Assembly (NCBI GenBank): GCA_000002435.2 | Contig: CM018790.1 | Strand: one strand, 5' to 3' | DNA: 64,000 bases | Origin: Giardia intestinalis | Lineage: Eukaryota | Shown: positions 39,373 to 49,093 of the stretch, one piece after another | Position numbering within the stretch: position 1 is the first letter of the stretch | Layout of the letters: each line of letters starts with the position of its first letter | The notes under the pieces: generated by a model | Database searches by the model: none | What the model saw: only the letters and a program-made list of their open reading frames with translations | Told to the model about the DNA's origin: nothing | Program-made: the position numbers and the translations under genes

Positions 39373-40501
39373 AGTTCACAAGCGCATAGTCTTCTAGATC
39401 ATTGTAGCCCTCCTTTTTCAAGCAAAGATCCAATATTTTGTCGAGCTCATAGTAATTGACCATCACCAGGCCACATGCAGATATCTCTTCATCCCAATCG
39501 ATGGTGAGACGAGGGCACGCCAATTGGGCAAAGAAGAGCACATCTTTATGGGGCAACAAATAATGTGGGAGGACTTCACTAAGAGATAGCACCTTTATCG
39601 GTACACAGAGACTGCGTAGCTTATTCAGGAGTGTCTCAAAAACAATTGGAGAGCCTTGCCGGCCCAGTGTCCCGAATACCACGCCAACTCTTTTTCCTGA
39701 GAAGCCTCCTGCAAAAGCTTGCACAGGCCTGTTTAGTAACTCGGTTAATGCCTCTGCACACTCTCTGATAGTTTTCAACCTGCTATTAATCTTACTATGC
39801 GTGTCATACCTAATGCTTTCATACACACCTGTCACAGGAGAGAGCCGGTATGCAGGGAGGTGAGAATTGCTTAGACAAGCTGCCTCGTAGTGAAAGTCGC
39901 CGTCTACAACGCTAACAACAGCGTCTGTTCCAGGCGGAAACTTCTTACAAGTACATCCAAGGATCTCATACTTCGGAAGAGGGCTCTGCTCTTCCCCAAC
40001 AATGTTGATCTTTGACCCTCTGTCGTCCAGAATCGGTTGCACGTGAAGTAAGCATGCAGCAAATTGTGCGGTGGTCACCAAACCAACTGTTTTGTAACTA
40101 TGTGTCCTACACATGTCCATGAGCCCGTCTGCAATCACAGTGGCACTTCCTCTGGTATCAATAACTGGGACATAGATGACATCTACTAGACTGGTTGGAA
40201 CAATCTTTGAATGACCAAAGTGAACAAGTACATCTACTCCCATAAGCATGGAGCCAATATCGTCAATATTGCATGCGCCATAAAGGACATCAGCGAAGAT
40301 AACATACTCTATCGCTACCCCGTTGGCTGCCTTAAGCATTCCTTCAAGGGCATTACAAACTTCTATGGCCTGCTCCATTAAGCCCTCAGGGAACTGTAGC
40401 CCTACTGCATAAAAGCCTCGAGACGTGGTACGACCCTGCAGAACTGACTTTACTTCATCTACTATGCACTCTAAACTAAAGTTCATTTTTAGACAATTCA
40501 T
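39320..40501 (-). CDS. Diphthamide biosynthesis protein, Dph1/Dph2 family (2-(3-amino-3-carboxypropyl)histidine synthase)
   Basis: ATG start. Family signatures are YVIFADVLYGACNIDDI (YGACC[VI]D-like) and VHFGHSKIV (FGHSC-like). The 3' end overlaps the Tgs1 3' end by 53 bp on the opposite strand. Confidence 0.75.
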   Translation of the reverse strand: MNCLKMNFSLECIVDEVKSVLQGRTTSRGFYAVGLQFPEGLMEQAIEVCNALEGMLKAANGVAIEYVIFADVLYGACNIDDIGSMLMGVDVLVHFGHSKIVPTSLVDVIYVPVIDTRGSATVIADGLMDMCRTHSYKTVGLVTTAQFAACLLHVQPILDDRGSKINIVGEEQSPLPKYEILGCTCKKFPPGTDAVVSVVDGDFHYEAACLSNSHLPAYRLSPVTGVYESIRYDTHSKINSRLKTIRECAEALTELLNRPVQAFAGGFSGKRVGVVFGTLGRQGSPIVFETLLNKLRSLCVPIKVLSLSEVLPHYLLPHKDVLFFAQLACPRLTIDWDEEISACGLVMVNYYELDKILDLCLKKEGYNDLEDYALVNFTRDGHRELCYYGRPTV

Positions 40502-40697
40502 CCGGATATTGAGATACTACTGAGATACAAATAGACCTTTCCTCTAGACAGTGGATAATAAGAGAAGAACGCTGAGAAAAAACGAACAAAAAAGTAAAGC
40601 AAACCTGCTCTATCGGCTAGGACTTATGAGCCTTTCAGAGGATAAGAGTTAGCATCCTCGATATCTCCTAATGTTAAGGGATCGCAGGTAGAGGTAT

Positions 40698-41147
40698 CTA
40701 AGACAGATGGCCAGGGACGGTTGAAATAAGAGTGAAAAATGTGGTCTCATATTGATTCTGATCGCTTTCCTCCTTAATGGGGAGCTTAAGTGCAATAGCT
40801 ATCTGCACAGCGAGCAAATGCCTGCAAAAAGTGCACATGATACTGAACCGTGAACATAGGTTCTCCTTTGGCAATTTTGTTTGCAGCCGGAGAGGATGGC
40901 AGCAGCTACAGTACCCTTCATCTGGGAGGACAAGGCATATCTGAGCGTGATCCACGACGGTATAGAATACGCTGCCAAACAATCCGCGAGCAGGACGATA
41001 TACAGTTATGTGTTGTGTGGAGTCTAAGAGCATGGCTACATGCTCTAATTCTTCCGGATAAAAGCACTGCAGGTCGGAAAAATCCTGCTCTACTAGATGC
41101 CCGCGGGTAGCAATCCGTTGAAAAATTGCGTCAAGAATCCGATCCAT
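40698..41147 (-). CDS. SWIM-type zinc-finger protein (ZSWIM7/Sws1-like), 149 aa
   Basis: The track start at 41174 is TTG. The first ATG is 41147 (MDRILDAI). The SWIM motif is YCSCCHP...x17...CTFCRHLLAVQIAIAL, i.e. CxC...CxH with the characteristic C[KR]H[IL]LAV. Confidence 0.5.
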   Translation of the reverse strand: MDRILDAIFQRIATRGHLVEQDFSDLQCFYPEELEHVAMLLDSTQHITVYRPARGLFGSVFYTVVDHAQICLVLPDEGYCSCCHPLRLQTKLPKENLCSRFSIMCTFCRHLLAVQIAIALKLPIKEESDQNQYETTFFTLISTVPGHLS

Positions 41148-41281
41148 CAAATTAAATGCGTTTGCGCAAATCAATTTATAAGTTACCCAATTACATTAAT
41201 TGTAGAAGGCTAGCTCTGCGTTAGGATGCTTTACCTATGCATCATGACGTAGTACAGTAGCTCGCAGCGCAGATAGCATTA

Positions 41282-44200
41282 TCACTCTTGCTCATTCTTC
41301 ATTGTTTGAAAGTAGAGTCTGCATATGTCCAAATAGCTTTCGACACACCTCGTTGCTTGAGAATTGCACTCCCCGCACAATCGCATTATGGTCAGATGCT
41401 CCTCACTAAACACGATCAATTTTTGCTTTTTACTGAGGTTGAAAGTGCTTACTACGAAGGAGAGTTGAACACTGGGGTCACAGGTGGGGATGGATAGAAT
41501 AATCGCAAGAAATAGGCGTGCAAACCAGTCGTATTTATAAACACGCCTACTAATGTGATGAAGCAGCCTTACTCCCAGCTTCTGGTGTCGAAGAGTTGGC
41601 AATAAGAAAGAATGACACAATCTAGCATATAGGGCACGGCTATACTCCCTATCAGATACTCCTGATACAGGATACTTGACTCCATAGTCTCGGTAAGTGT
41701 ATCCAAAGAGTGCACAGGCTAAGATCCCCAAAGGAATAGAAGCCTCTCTATCTGCCTTCTGTAAAAGAGGGGTAAGCTCGAGACCCAGGAGCCGAACAAG
41801 GCAATCACTTACCGTTTGGCAATCGTCTTTTATACAATGCAAGATCACAGAGCTGAACAGATAAAATCCTGTCTGTGTGTCAAAGACGGCACAAAACTGG
41901 GCCACTATCTTCACTAGAGTTTCAACGACGTCACAGCGGTAACGCCAATCCGAGTTGATAAAGAATGTGTAGCCGGTATCGGGGGAATCCACACACCGAT
42001 ACTGATAGAATGGACCTGCAATTTCAAATCCTCGTTGCCTTGTGTCTACCTCAGTATATGTTAGTTCTGGAAGAGCACAGTGTGATCTGCTGTCCTCTGA
42101 GGCATCCACAAAACCATATAGACCCGTACCTTTTAGAGCCACATGGGAGGAGAATGATACCGGGGTGATAGAAACATATAAGTCTGGTGTGCATTGAAGA
42201 CAGAACGTTCCAGGCATCTGGTCAGCTCTGTTCTCCGCACTTACTTGCCCATGATGAAAGTGCACTTCTTCAGGCAATTGCAGAATATCGTAGTAAATTT
42301 TAATCAATAGCTTAGCAACCCTCAATAAGAAGCTCTGCGTGTCTGCTTGCACCCTACCATATTTAGTAAATGAGTAAAGAAAAACGATTTTGGCATCTCT
42401 AGTGCATTGAGAGGACATTAGAAGAGATTCCAAGCATTGTAGTAGAATCTCCTTGTTCTCCTGCGTGGTATTACGATTGGAGTATATGTCAGGGAGGGCT
42501 GAGATAAGTGAGTGGAGAGTTGACTGGTTGGAGGCTTTGTTTCGTAATGTACTTGTTATAATATTAATAATTCTGTTCTGATAGTCGCGTGAACACGCCA
42601 CAGTTTCGTACACACCCGGAAGCGTGCGTAGAAGGGAAAGCTCGATGTCTTTATATATCGGCTGAGAAATACATAATGTTGAGGGCTTGAGTAACTTCTT
42701 CAAATGGAATACATGATTCTCGGTGAAGTAACTGAACATTTCAAGTGGTGTCCGCGACTGAACTACGCAGTTTCCTGTTTTACTGCCGTGTAGCTCTAGT
42801 ATGGATGTACAGGGCATGCAATCAGAGAAAGGTGAAGTGAAATCGTTTGCAGACGCAGTATTCTCTAAAACTTGTTTGGTGGTCATCCCTTTAGTCAAGT
42901 TTCTTGCAGATGTGACAGCACACGATGGCTTAGTATAAAAGTTCTCCACTATTGGTTCTTCGGGTATATTAGAGAGGTTTCCGTCCAGTGCATTATTCGA
43001 TGGAGAGCTATTTTGGCTTACCGGATCTGTGTCAGTTGTATCTGATCTGCTAGTTGACGACTGCTTGTGTATATCTTTGTCATCTCCCCGTATGAGTATA
43101 GTAAGCATGCTCTTGGATGACTTGATGTGATTGTGTGGTGAAGGAGGTTGTAAGAGAAGCGGATTCCTCCCCACATACCTATCGGTGCTAATCAATCCAT
43201 CCTTAGATGACGCTTTTGAGCCCTCATAATATTCTAACAAGTTTTTATCTATAGACGACTTATCTAAATTTAACGGCAAAGTAATGGTGCTAGACAATGG
43301 ATCTAGTGTCAGGAGATTGCAAAAAAGATTAAATAACAATCGCAGTAAATAGTTTTCCCTTATGATGATACACTCCTCTTCTGAGATAGAGCACCCATTT
43401 GAGATGCCAGCCAACATGAAGCCTAGGTTCCTGCAGGCATTTTGCTGTACTGCAGGCACAAAACTGGTCACAAGCTTTACAAAAGTAAAGACCAGAGACT
43501 TTACCCTTTTTCGGAAAGTAAATGCCCTGCAAAACAATGGCAAGGCTTCTGCACAGAACACTAAGTTGGGTATATTATCCTTTGAATAAAGCCTATTCCT
43601 CACAAATGCAATGACGTCGTTTTGCATACCCTTAGTTGCCACCACAAATGCTTGTCTCGAGCTTCCAGGTTGGCCGGTTTGCGAGTATCGTTTCATCTCT
43701 GTATTCTTTAAGCAAAACGGCTTAGACTTTCTAGCCTGTAAATGTACCACATTAGTTGATAACGAGTGTGGGGGCAGTCCCAAAATGGTGACTTCTGTGG
43801 CATGAGTGTCCAACGACGGATGATTATTGCAAAGATAGGAGCGAAGAGAAAAGCCTTTATTAGTAGTATTATCAGTAGTATTATCAGTAGTGGATACTGA
43901 CATGCAGGGAGCCACGCCAAGTGACTGGCTAGATGGATTATTTCCAGGATAGTCTAAATACTCATGATACTCGGTCTCTGTCTCTGTCTCACCGCTGTGC
44001 TGAGTGGTTGACGAAATAACACGTTGAGAGGGCAAGGAGATAGAGGGACAGTTTGCGGAGCAAACAGTGTACAAAGCTCCAATTTGCTGAGAATGTTGGG
44101 TGAGTTGAGGGGACACGTCCTGTGTCACATCCTGCATCGTACCTTGTTCTTGCTCAGCAAAAGTTACGTAGGAGCTCTGCCTATATGCTATTTCATTGTT

Positions 44201-45916
44201 TTTCTCTAAACTCTCTGAGCGACTATGCCCCGATTTGGCCGTGTATACATAGAGTATTCGCGCCATATTCAAGATTGCCGCACGCTGGATTCTAGGAGAC
44301 ACTATCGTTGATTCTATGTTTTGATAGCTATATTCTGTTACCGGCTTAATTAGGTTACTAAGTTGGGATTGAGAGTAGATAAACTCAGAAGATATCTGTG
44401 TGTCAACAGACGGATCCAGGAAGCGATGCATATCACAGCAAGTTGTGTCTATTATAGCATCATGCTTCATATTGCTCTGCTGGCAATGCTGACACCTTAT
44501 AGGCTTTTGAAACTCCCACAGCCTCTCGGGTGTAAGGTCAAGACGCTGATAAAATGTCTTAGTTAATTCTAAATTGAGAATGTCCCCAAATTCCTTCAGG
44601 AAGGCGCTGTGCAAGGTGCGGTCAGTAGCGATTCTTCCCATGAGGATGAATAGGGCGTTGCACAGAGCAGGGCTAATACAGTATGAAATAGAGTAATGCA
44701 CCATAACGTCAATCAAATTCAAAAGCACATCTTCTAGCTCTGGAAGAGAGCTTAAGATTTTTTTTTCTTGATGGAAAATTTGGCTTTGGGCCTTAACAAC
44801 TCTTGATGTCTCCACACCATACTTTTCAGACCAATTACTATGAAATGACAATGTGTAACAATCGTTCCAGCTGGCATTGTGTGCTATACTTTGTTCGAGC
44901 TGTTCCATGTGCTCATCATCGTCCTGGAGGCAAGCGCACTCGTAGCGACACCTACATCTCAGGGTTGGTGGGTAATTTTCAGTATGGACACCTTTGGAGA
45001 CAACTCCCCCGAAGAGGGAGTGTATGCAACAATAGATATTGGCCTCACTATCGTATTTAAATGTTAAGTTGCAGAAGATTGCCAAGCAACGACAAAACTG
45101 GAAGAAGATCACCTCACGGAACAGCAGTAAGCCCCAGAGCTTTTGGTCAACTGGTGTATCAGCGATAGATGGGAGTGTGTATAGAACTCTAATTATATTG
45201 ATCATAGTATCATAGCAAGGAGTGCTACGAACTATACACTTTAACAGCGGAAATAGGATATTTCGAACTACATAGTCACGCTGCCCAGCTGACAGCTCTG
45301 GGTTTCGCATGAGTGCCTTCGCCATGTCCTCAAAGTGGAAACAAAGTAGATATTTTAAGAGGGAAAGACGTTCATTCGGTAGCAGCTCTCTAGCTTGTAC
45401 CTTACCGAGTGTCAGTGACCGAAAAATACCATCCATAAAGGGGTCTGCCGGCCCAAGAAAGTCCACTGCTCGAGCATCTCTAGCAGAGTCGTCATAAAAG
45501 TCCTCGTCAATTGGAAATACATTGGAACTAACGGGTGACCCGTTGAGCAAAGTTAATGGAACCACATCCTTCTCAGGAAAAAGTCCCTTAAGAAGTAATC
45601 CACAGCGGGTCTCACCTGTCCGAGTACAAGCCATGAGCCGCAACTGCCCCAGAAGGTGGTTAGATATTTCGTTCATGGTCCCAGCTTGCAAAAAAGAGGG
45701 CAGCCAATATATAGAAAGGATGTTGTGGAGAAACGAACTGGAGTGATAAAGAGAACTGAAGTGACTGAGAGGAGAGCTGATCGCTGGGTGGGGGAGTTCG
45801 TAAGTGCGTTGAAGAAGCTGAGCAGTTTCTTGGGTCATTTCCCCGTAGTCCTGTGTGTCTGGTTCGAGATCCAGAAGCTCACTCTCAGGGCTCAAATCGT
45901 CATCAAAGAAATCCAT
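41282..45916 (-). CDS. Large hypothetical protein (1544 aa)
   Basis: Uninterrupted 4.6-kb ORF with an ATG start (MDFFDDDLSPESELLDLEP). There is an internal TTDNTTDNTTN microrepeat (43862-43890). No domain recognised. Confidence 0.7.
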   Translation of the reverse strand: MDFFDDDLSPESELLDLEPDTQDYGEMTQETAQLLQRTYELPHPAISSPLSHFSSLYHSSSFLHNILSIYWLPSFLQAGTMNEISNHLLGQLRLMACTRTGETRCGLLLKGLFPEKDVVPLTLLNGSPVSSNVFPIDEDFYDDSARDARAVDFLGPADPFMDGIFRSLTLGKVQARELLPNERLSLLKYLLCFHFEDMAKALMRNPELSAGQRDYVVRNILFPLLKCIVRSTPCYDTMINIIRVLYTLPSIADTPVDQKLWGLLLFREVIFFQFCRCLAIFCNLTFKYDSEANIYCCIHSLFGGVVSKGVHTENYPPTLRCRCRYECACLQDDDEHMEQLEQSIAHNASWNDCYTLSFHSNWSEKYGVETSRVVKAQSQIFHQEKKILSSLPELEDVLLNLIDVMVHYSISYCISPALCNALFILMGRIATDRTLHSAFLKEFGDILNLELTKTFYQRLDLTPERLWEFQKPIRCQHCQQSNMKHDAIIDTTCCDMHRFLDPSVDTQISSEFIYSQSQLSNLIKPVTEYSYQNIESTIVSPRIQRAAILNMARILYVYTAKSGHSRSESLEKNNEIAYRQSSYVTFAEQEQGTMQDVTQDVSPQLTQHSQQIGALYTVCSANCPSISLPSQRVISSTTQHSGETETETEYHEYLDYPGNNPSSQSLGVAPCMSVSTTDNTTDNTTNKGFSLRSYLCNNHPSLDTHATEVTILGLPPHSLSTNVVHLQARKSKPFCLKNTEMKRYSQTGQPGSSRQAFVVATKGMQNDVIAFVRNRLYSKDNIPNLVFCAEALPLFCRAFTFRKRVKSLVFTFVKLVTSFVPAVQQNACRNLGFMLAGISNGCSISEEECIIIRENYLLRLLFNLFCNLLTLDPLSSTITLPLNLDKSSIDKNLLEYYEGSKASSKDGLISTDRYVGRNPLLLQPPSPHNHIKSSKSMLTILIRGDDKDIHKQSSTSRSDTTDTDPVSQNSSPSNNALDGNLSNIPEEPIVENFYTKPSCAVTSARNLTKGMTTKQVLENTASANDFTSPFSDCMPCTSILELHGSKTGNCVVQSRTPLEMFSYFTENHVFHLKKLLKPSTLCISQPIYKDIELSLLRTLPGVYETVACSRDYQNRIINIITSTLRNKASNQSTLHSLISALPDIYSNRNTTQENKEILLQCLESLLMSSQCTRDAKIVFLYSFTKYGRVQADTQSFLLRVAKLLIKIYYDILQLPEEVHFHHGQVSAENRADQMPGTFCLQCTPDLYVSITPVSFSSHVALKGTGLYGFVDASEDSRSHCALPELTYTEVDTRQRGFEIAGPFYQYRCVDSPDTGYTFFINSDWRYRCDVVETLVKIVAQFCAVFDTQTGFYLFSSVILHCIKDDCQTVSDCLVRLLGLELTPLLQKADREASIPLGILACALFGYTYRDYGVKYPVSGVSDREYSRALYARLCHSFLLPTLRHQKLGVRLLHHISRRVYKYDWFARLFLAIILSIPTCDPSVQLSFVVSTFNLSKKQKLIVFSEEHLTIMRLCGECNSQATRCVESYLDICRLYFQTMKNEQE

Positions 45917-46109
45917 TTAGAGCTTTAAAGATTGATATTTTTGACTCAGAGTATTTTTTAAATGGACACTATTAGTAAGTTGATCTGGCACCCTTGTTTC
46001 TATAATGATAAGAATCTAAGTAGATATATACGTAAATTGTAATTAGCAGCATATCGTTTGCATTCGCTAAATATAGTATACGCCCTTAAAGCCGAAAATT
46101 AAAATTCCC

Positions 46110-47105
46110 ATGACGAAGCCCGTTCTCCGTGTTTGCATTTCCGGTGCTGCAGGCCAGATTTGTTACTCTGTTCTGTTCCGCATCGCAGCTGGAGACATGC
46201 TGGGCTACGATCAGCCCGTCCACATTGTTATGCTTGAGGTTCCTGCCGCCCTAAAGGCAGCCGAGGGTGTGGCCATGGAACTAGTGGACTGCGCGTTCCC
46301 GCTGCTCTCTGGATTCACTCTTACATCAGACAATGCAGAAGCATTTAAGGACGTTGACTACTGTCTTCTCTTCGGTGCATTTCCGAGGAAGGCGGGGATG
46401 GAGCGTGCAGAGCTTCTTTCTAAGAACAAGGGTATCTTCCAGATCCAGGGCGCCGCTATCAATGAGCACGCGAAGCCAACGTGCCGAATCTTGGTTATCG
46501 GTAACCCTGCAAACACAAATGCCCTTGTTCTCTCTACACAACTTACCAAGATCCCTAAGACAAATGTCACGGCCATGTCTCGCCTTGACCACAACAGGGC
46601 AGTGGGCCAGGTGGCTGGAAAGCTGGGTGTCAGGACCAACCGTATCAGCAACGTTTGGGTTGCTGGGAACCACTCCAATACTATGGTTCCGATTGTGGAT
46701 TGTGGAGTGATCTATGATGAGGGCCTTAAGGACAAGCAACCTGTGAAGCCTATGCTTCCAGCGGATTGGATAAAAGGAGAGTTCGTTCCTTGTGTTCGTG
46801 GTCGTGGAACAGCTGTAATAGAGGCTCGTGGACACAGCTCAAGTGCATCGGCTGCTAATGCCGCAATCGATCATGTTAGGGACTGGCACATGGGGACTAA
46901 GCCAGGTGCTTTTGTTTCCTGTTCTCTCCTCATAGAGGAGGGCAACCCCTATGGAATTGCTCCCGGAATATTTTATAGCATGCCGTGCAGCTGTGTTGGC
47001 GGCAAATGGCAGATAGTTAAGCTTGACCTTCCAAAGGATGTTCTGGACGAGATGAAACTCAGTGAAGCAGAGCTGATGAAAGAAGCTGCGGATGCTCTCA
47101 AGTGA
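46110..47105 (+). CDS. MDH: Malate dehydrogenase (cytosolic NAD-MDH, LDH/MDH superfamily)
   Basis: ATG at 46110. The Rossmann motif is ISGAAGQICYSVLFRI. IGNPANTNALV and the catalytic-His region GNHSNTMVP are present. Length is 331 aa. AGTGAAT lies 34 nt after the stop. Confidence 0.9.
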   Translation: MTKPVLRVCISGAAGQICYSVLFRIAAGDMLGYDQPVHIVMLEVPAALKAAEGVAMELVDCAFPLLSGFTLTSDNAEAFKDVDYCLLFGAFPRKAGMERAELLSKNKGIFQIQGAAINEHAKPTCRILVIGNPANTNALVLSTQLTKIPKTNVTAMSRLDHNRAVGQVAGKLGVRTNRISNVWVAGNHSNTMVPIVDCGVIYDEGLKDKQPVKPMLPADWIKGEFVPCVRGRGTAVIEARGHSSSASAANAAIDHVRDWHMGTKPGAFVSCSLLIEEGNPYGIAPGIFYSMPCSCVGGKWQIVKLDLPKDVLDEMKLSEAELMKEAADALK

Positions 47106-47164
47106 CCTGGTTGACCTGCCCACTTGGAGCGTGGTAAAGTGAATGGATGATCTAAAAGGTACAT

Positions 47165-48589
47165 TTACATGAAGTCTCTGACAGCCACTGTGCGTGACTT
47201 CTGAATTCCGCTGATGGGTTCGAGGGTAGATGCTGCAGTAAGCGGATTTTCTAAGTCAACGCCGGCAAAAACTAGCAGATTGGCAGACGAAGAGGGGCCA
47301 AAGAGGCCTCGGAGAGTATCGCCAAAAGCTGCGTAGAGGGGATCATCCACTGATTCTGGAGAAGTATATGCTTTTACTGCCTCAGGACTATAAGTCTGAC
47401 ACAATCCTACTGTTGAAACACAAGTTGGTCCAGAGTAGATCTCGAAGACAAGCATTAAGGTGTCCAGTTCAAGACATACATCTGCTAAAATCGATGAGAT
47501 CAAACTCCGTGCATGAGTGTCTCCAGAAAAAATTAGCTTTGTGGCTCCGACAAGCAAGGGTATTCCAACCCCACCAGCAGCTAAGGCGGGCTGTGGAGAC
47601 GAAGGCTGAGCAGATGAGGATCTGTCAACCAGGTGGAAAGACTCCAAATTTTGGACAGAAATAACAGATACAGAATCATTTGCAGAATCGAGGAGATCAA
47701 TGATACCATTCCCCTGAAAAGATACCGCAGCTAGCTTAGCTGCTAATCTAGAAGTCGTCGTCCCGCCTGTTTGGTCCACCCCACGGGCTCGAAGCTCAGC
47801 CTCTATACTTATCAGCTGCACATTACGTTTCTGGTTGTCACTAATAAACTTTAGGTAGTAGTCTTCTGTGTCAATGCTTCTGTAATAAATTTGACTCAAT
47901 AGTAGGTCCAGTACGGATCCCTGTGTGTTGTCTGCAGTACCAAAAAGTGCCTGGGACCCCAAGACGGTGCCCAAGCCCAGAAATAGAACATTGGTGCCGG
48001 AGTAGATATGAGACCGAAGAGGAAAATTGGCCAATGAATCGTGGATTCTATCAATTGTATAAACATCCGTGATGTCGAAACTCATTGTATTGCTGGAAAA
48101 GAGCCCTTTGAACGGAGCCTTTGAAGATGGTAGAGTGACGGTAACGCTTGAATTCTCTATTTTGACGGGCAACCCATTCGGGGTCTTAAGCTGTGCGTAT
48201 TGCTCCACTGAGACGACAACATTAAGCTTTGCTGGCCCAATTAAGCCATCGAAGGTGTTGGTAAGCACAATGCGCCGCGCCGCTTCCTGAATGAGGCGCT
48301 CTCTTAGAAGTCCGAGTTCTGTTAATAGCTCCTTCATCTCCGTCTTGCTAACAGACGGCGGTAATTTATGGGATTCTACTATCCCAAGAAGATCATTTAG
48401 CCGCCGCTTTATGGCAGCATTTCCCTCGACCCGCTGAGACATTCCCATTATTGCCATGTGAAGTCTGTTAAGAAGCTTGTGTTTTCGGCTTAGCTCTGCT
48501 GTGGAGTGCTCTATTTGGGAAAGTGCTGTCCGCTTCTCCTCTTTTAAGAGCTTGAGTTCTGCTTGAAGCCCCTCAATATCCTGATTCAT
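47165..48589 (-). CDS. Hypothetical protein with N-terminal coiled-coil (474 aa)
   Basis: ATG start (MNQDIEGLQAELKLLKEEK). It is convergent with the MDH gene, with a 60-bp spacer. Confidence 0.6.
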   Translation of the reverse strand: MNQDIEGLQAELKLLKEEKRTALSQIEHSTAELSRKHKLLNRLHMAIMGMSQRVEGNAAIKRRLNDLLGIVESHKLPPSVSKTEMKELLTELGLLRERLIQEAARRIVLTNTFDGLIGPAKLNVVVSVEQYAQLKTPNGLPVKIENSSVTVTLPSSKAPFKGLFSSNTMSFDITDVYTIDRIHDSLANFPLRSHIYSGTNVLFLGLGTVLGSQALFGTADNTQGSVLDLLLSQIYYRSIDTEDYYLKFISDNQKRNVQLISIEAELRARGVDQTGGTTTSRLAAKLAAVSFQGNGIIDLLDSANDSVSVISVQNLESFHLVDRSSSAQPSSPQPALAAGGVGIPLLVGATKLIFSGDTHARSLISSILADVCLELDTLMLVFEIYSGPTCVSTVGLCQTYSPEAVKAYTSPESVDDPLYAAFGDTLRGLFGPSSSANLLVFAGVDLENPLTAASTLEPISGIQKSRTVAVRDFM

Positions 48590-48699
48590 GCACTGCAGAT
48601 TTTTTGGGGAGAGTTTGTCTTCAGGCTATCTAACAGTGCCCAATGTAAGAGCATTTTCTGTCTAGAGAACTCAGTGAGACCTTCAAATGTATTAACAAT

Positions 48700-49017
48700 C
48701 TAGTCTTCTCTCCATTGATGGGCACATTGGCAGCAGCGATAGAAACGTGACATTGGTTCGTCACTAGATCTTATTTGCATTTGTATCCAAAAGGCATCTG
48801 GAAATGCGCAAACTGGACATGGATTCTGTGTCTTATCGGCTCCTTGCCAAGCTGTTTCGCCTCCCAGGACAGGATCCACAGATTTACGGGTCAGGGTCAA
48901 ACTGCGAGAAATTTGACCACTAAGCGTGTATCGATAAGCACACGTCTTACAGTAAAACTGGACGTCTCCAGAAAGCTCAATAAGGAGTAGGTTTCCGCAA
49001 CAGGGACAGAAGAGCAT
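48700..49017 (-). CDS. RNA polymerase small subunit with N-terminal zinc ribbon and C-terminal TFIIS-type zinc ribbon (Rpb9/A12.2/C11 family)
   Basis: The track start is TTG and the adjacent ATG is at 49017. The N-terminal ribbon is CPCCGNLL...CKTCAY. The C-terminal ribbon is CPVC...QIRSSDEPMSRFYRCCQCAHQWRED (RSADEP-type acidic hairpin). Confidence 0.75.
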   Translation of the reverse strand: MLFCPCCGNLLLIELSGDVQFYCKTCAYRYTLSGQISRSLTLTRKSVDPVLGGETAWQGADKTQNPCPVCAFPDAFWIQMQIRSSDEPMSRFYRCCQCAHQWRED

Positions 49018-49093
49018 CAATGAAATAAAAGCTTTAGGAGCGGTTCAACCCTTTCGAAAGTCGGCCCTTATTGAGCTCGTATACTTCTTTAAT

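Noticed and set aside
47165-48589. C-terminal half of the 474-aa coiled-coil protein as a degenerate kinesin motor (GTNVLFLGLGTVLGSQALFG resembling the GYNVCIFAYGQTGSGKT region)
   Set aside because: The resemblance is limited to one short stretch, and neither switch I (NxxSSRSH) nor switch II (DLAGSE) can be found. It is too weak to call.
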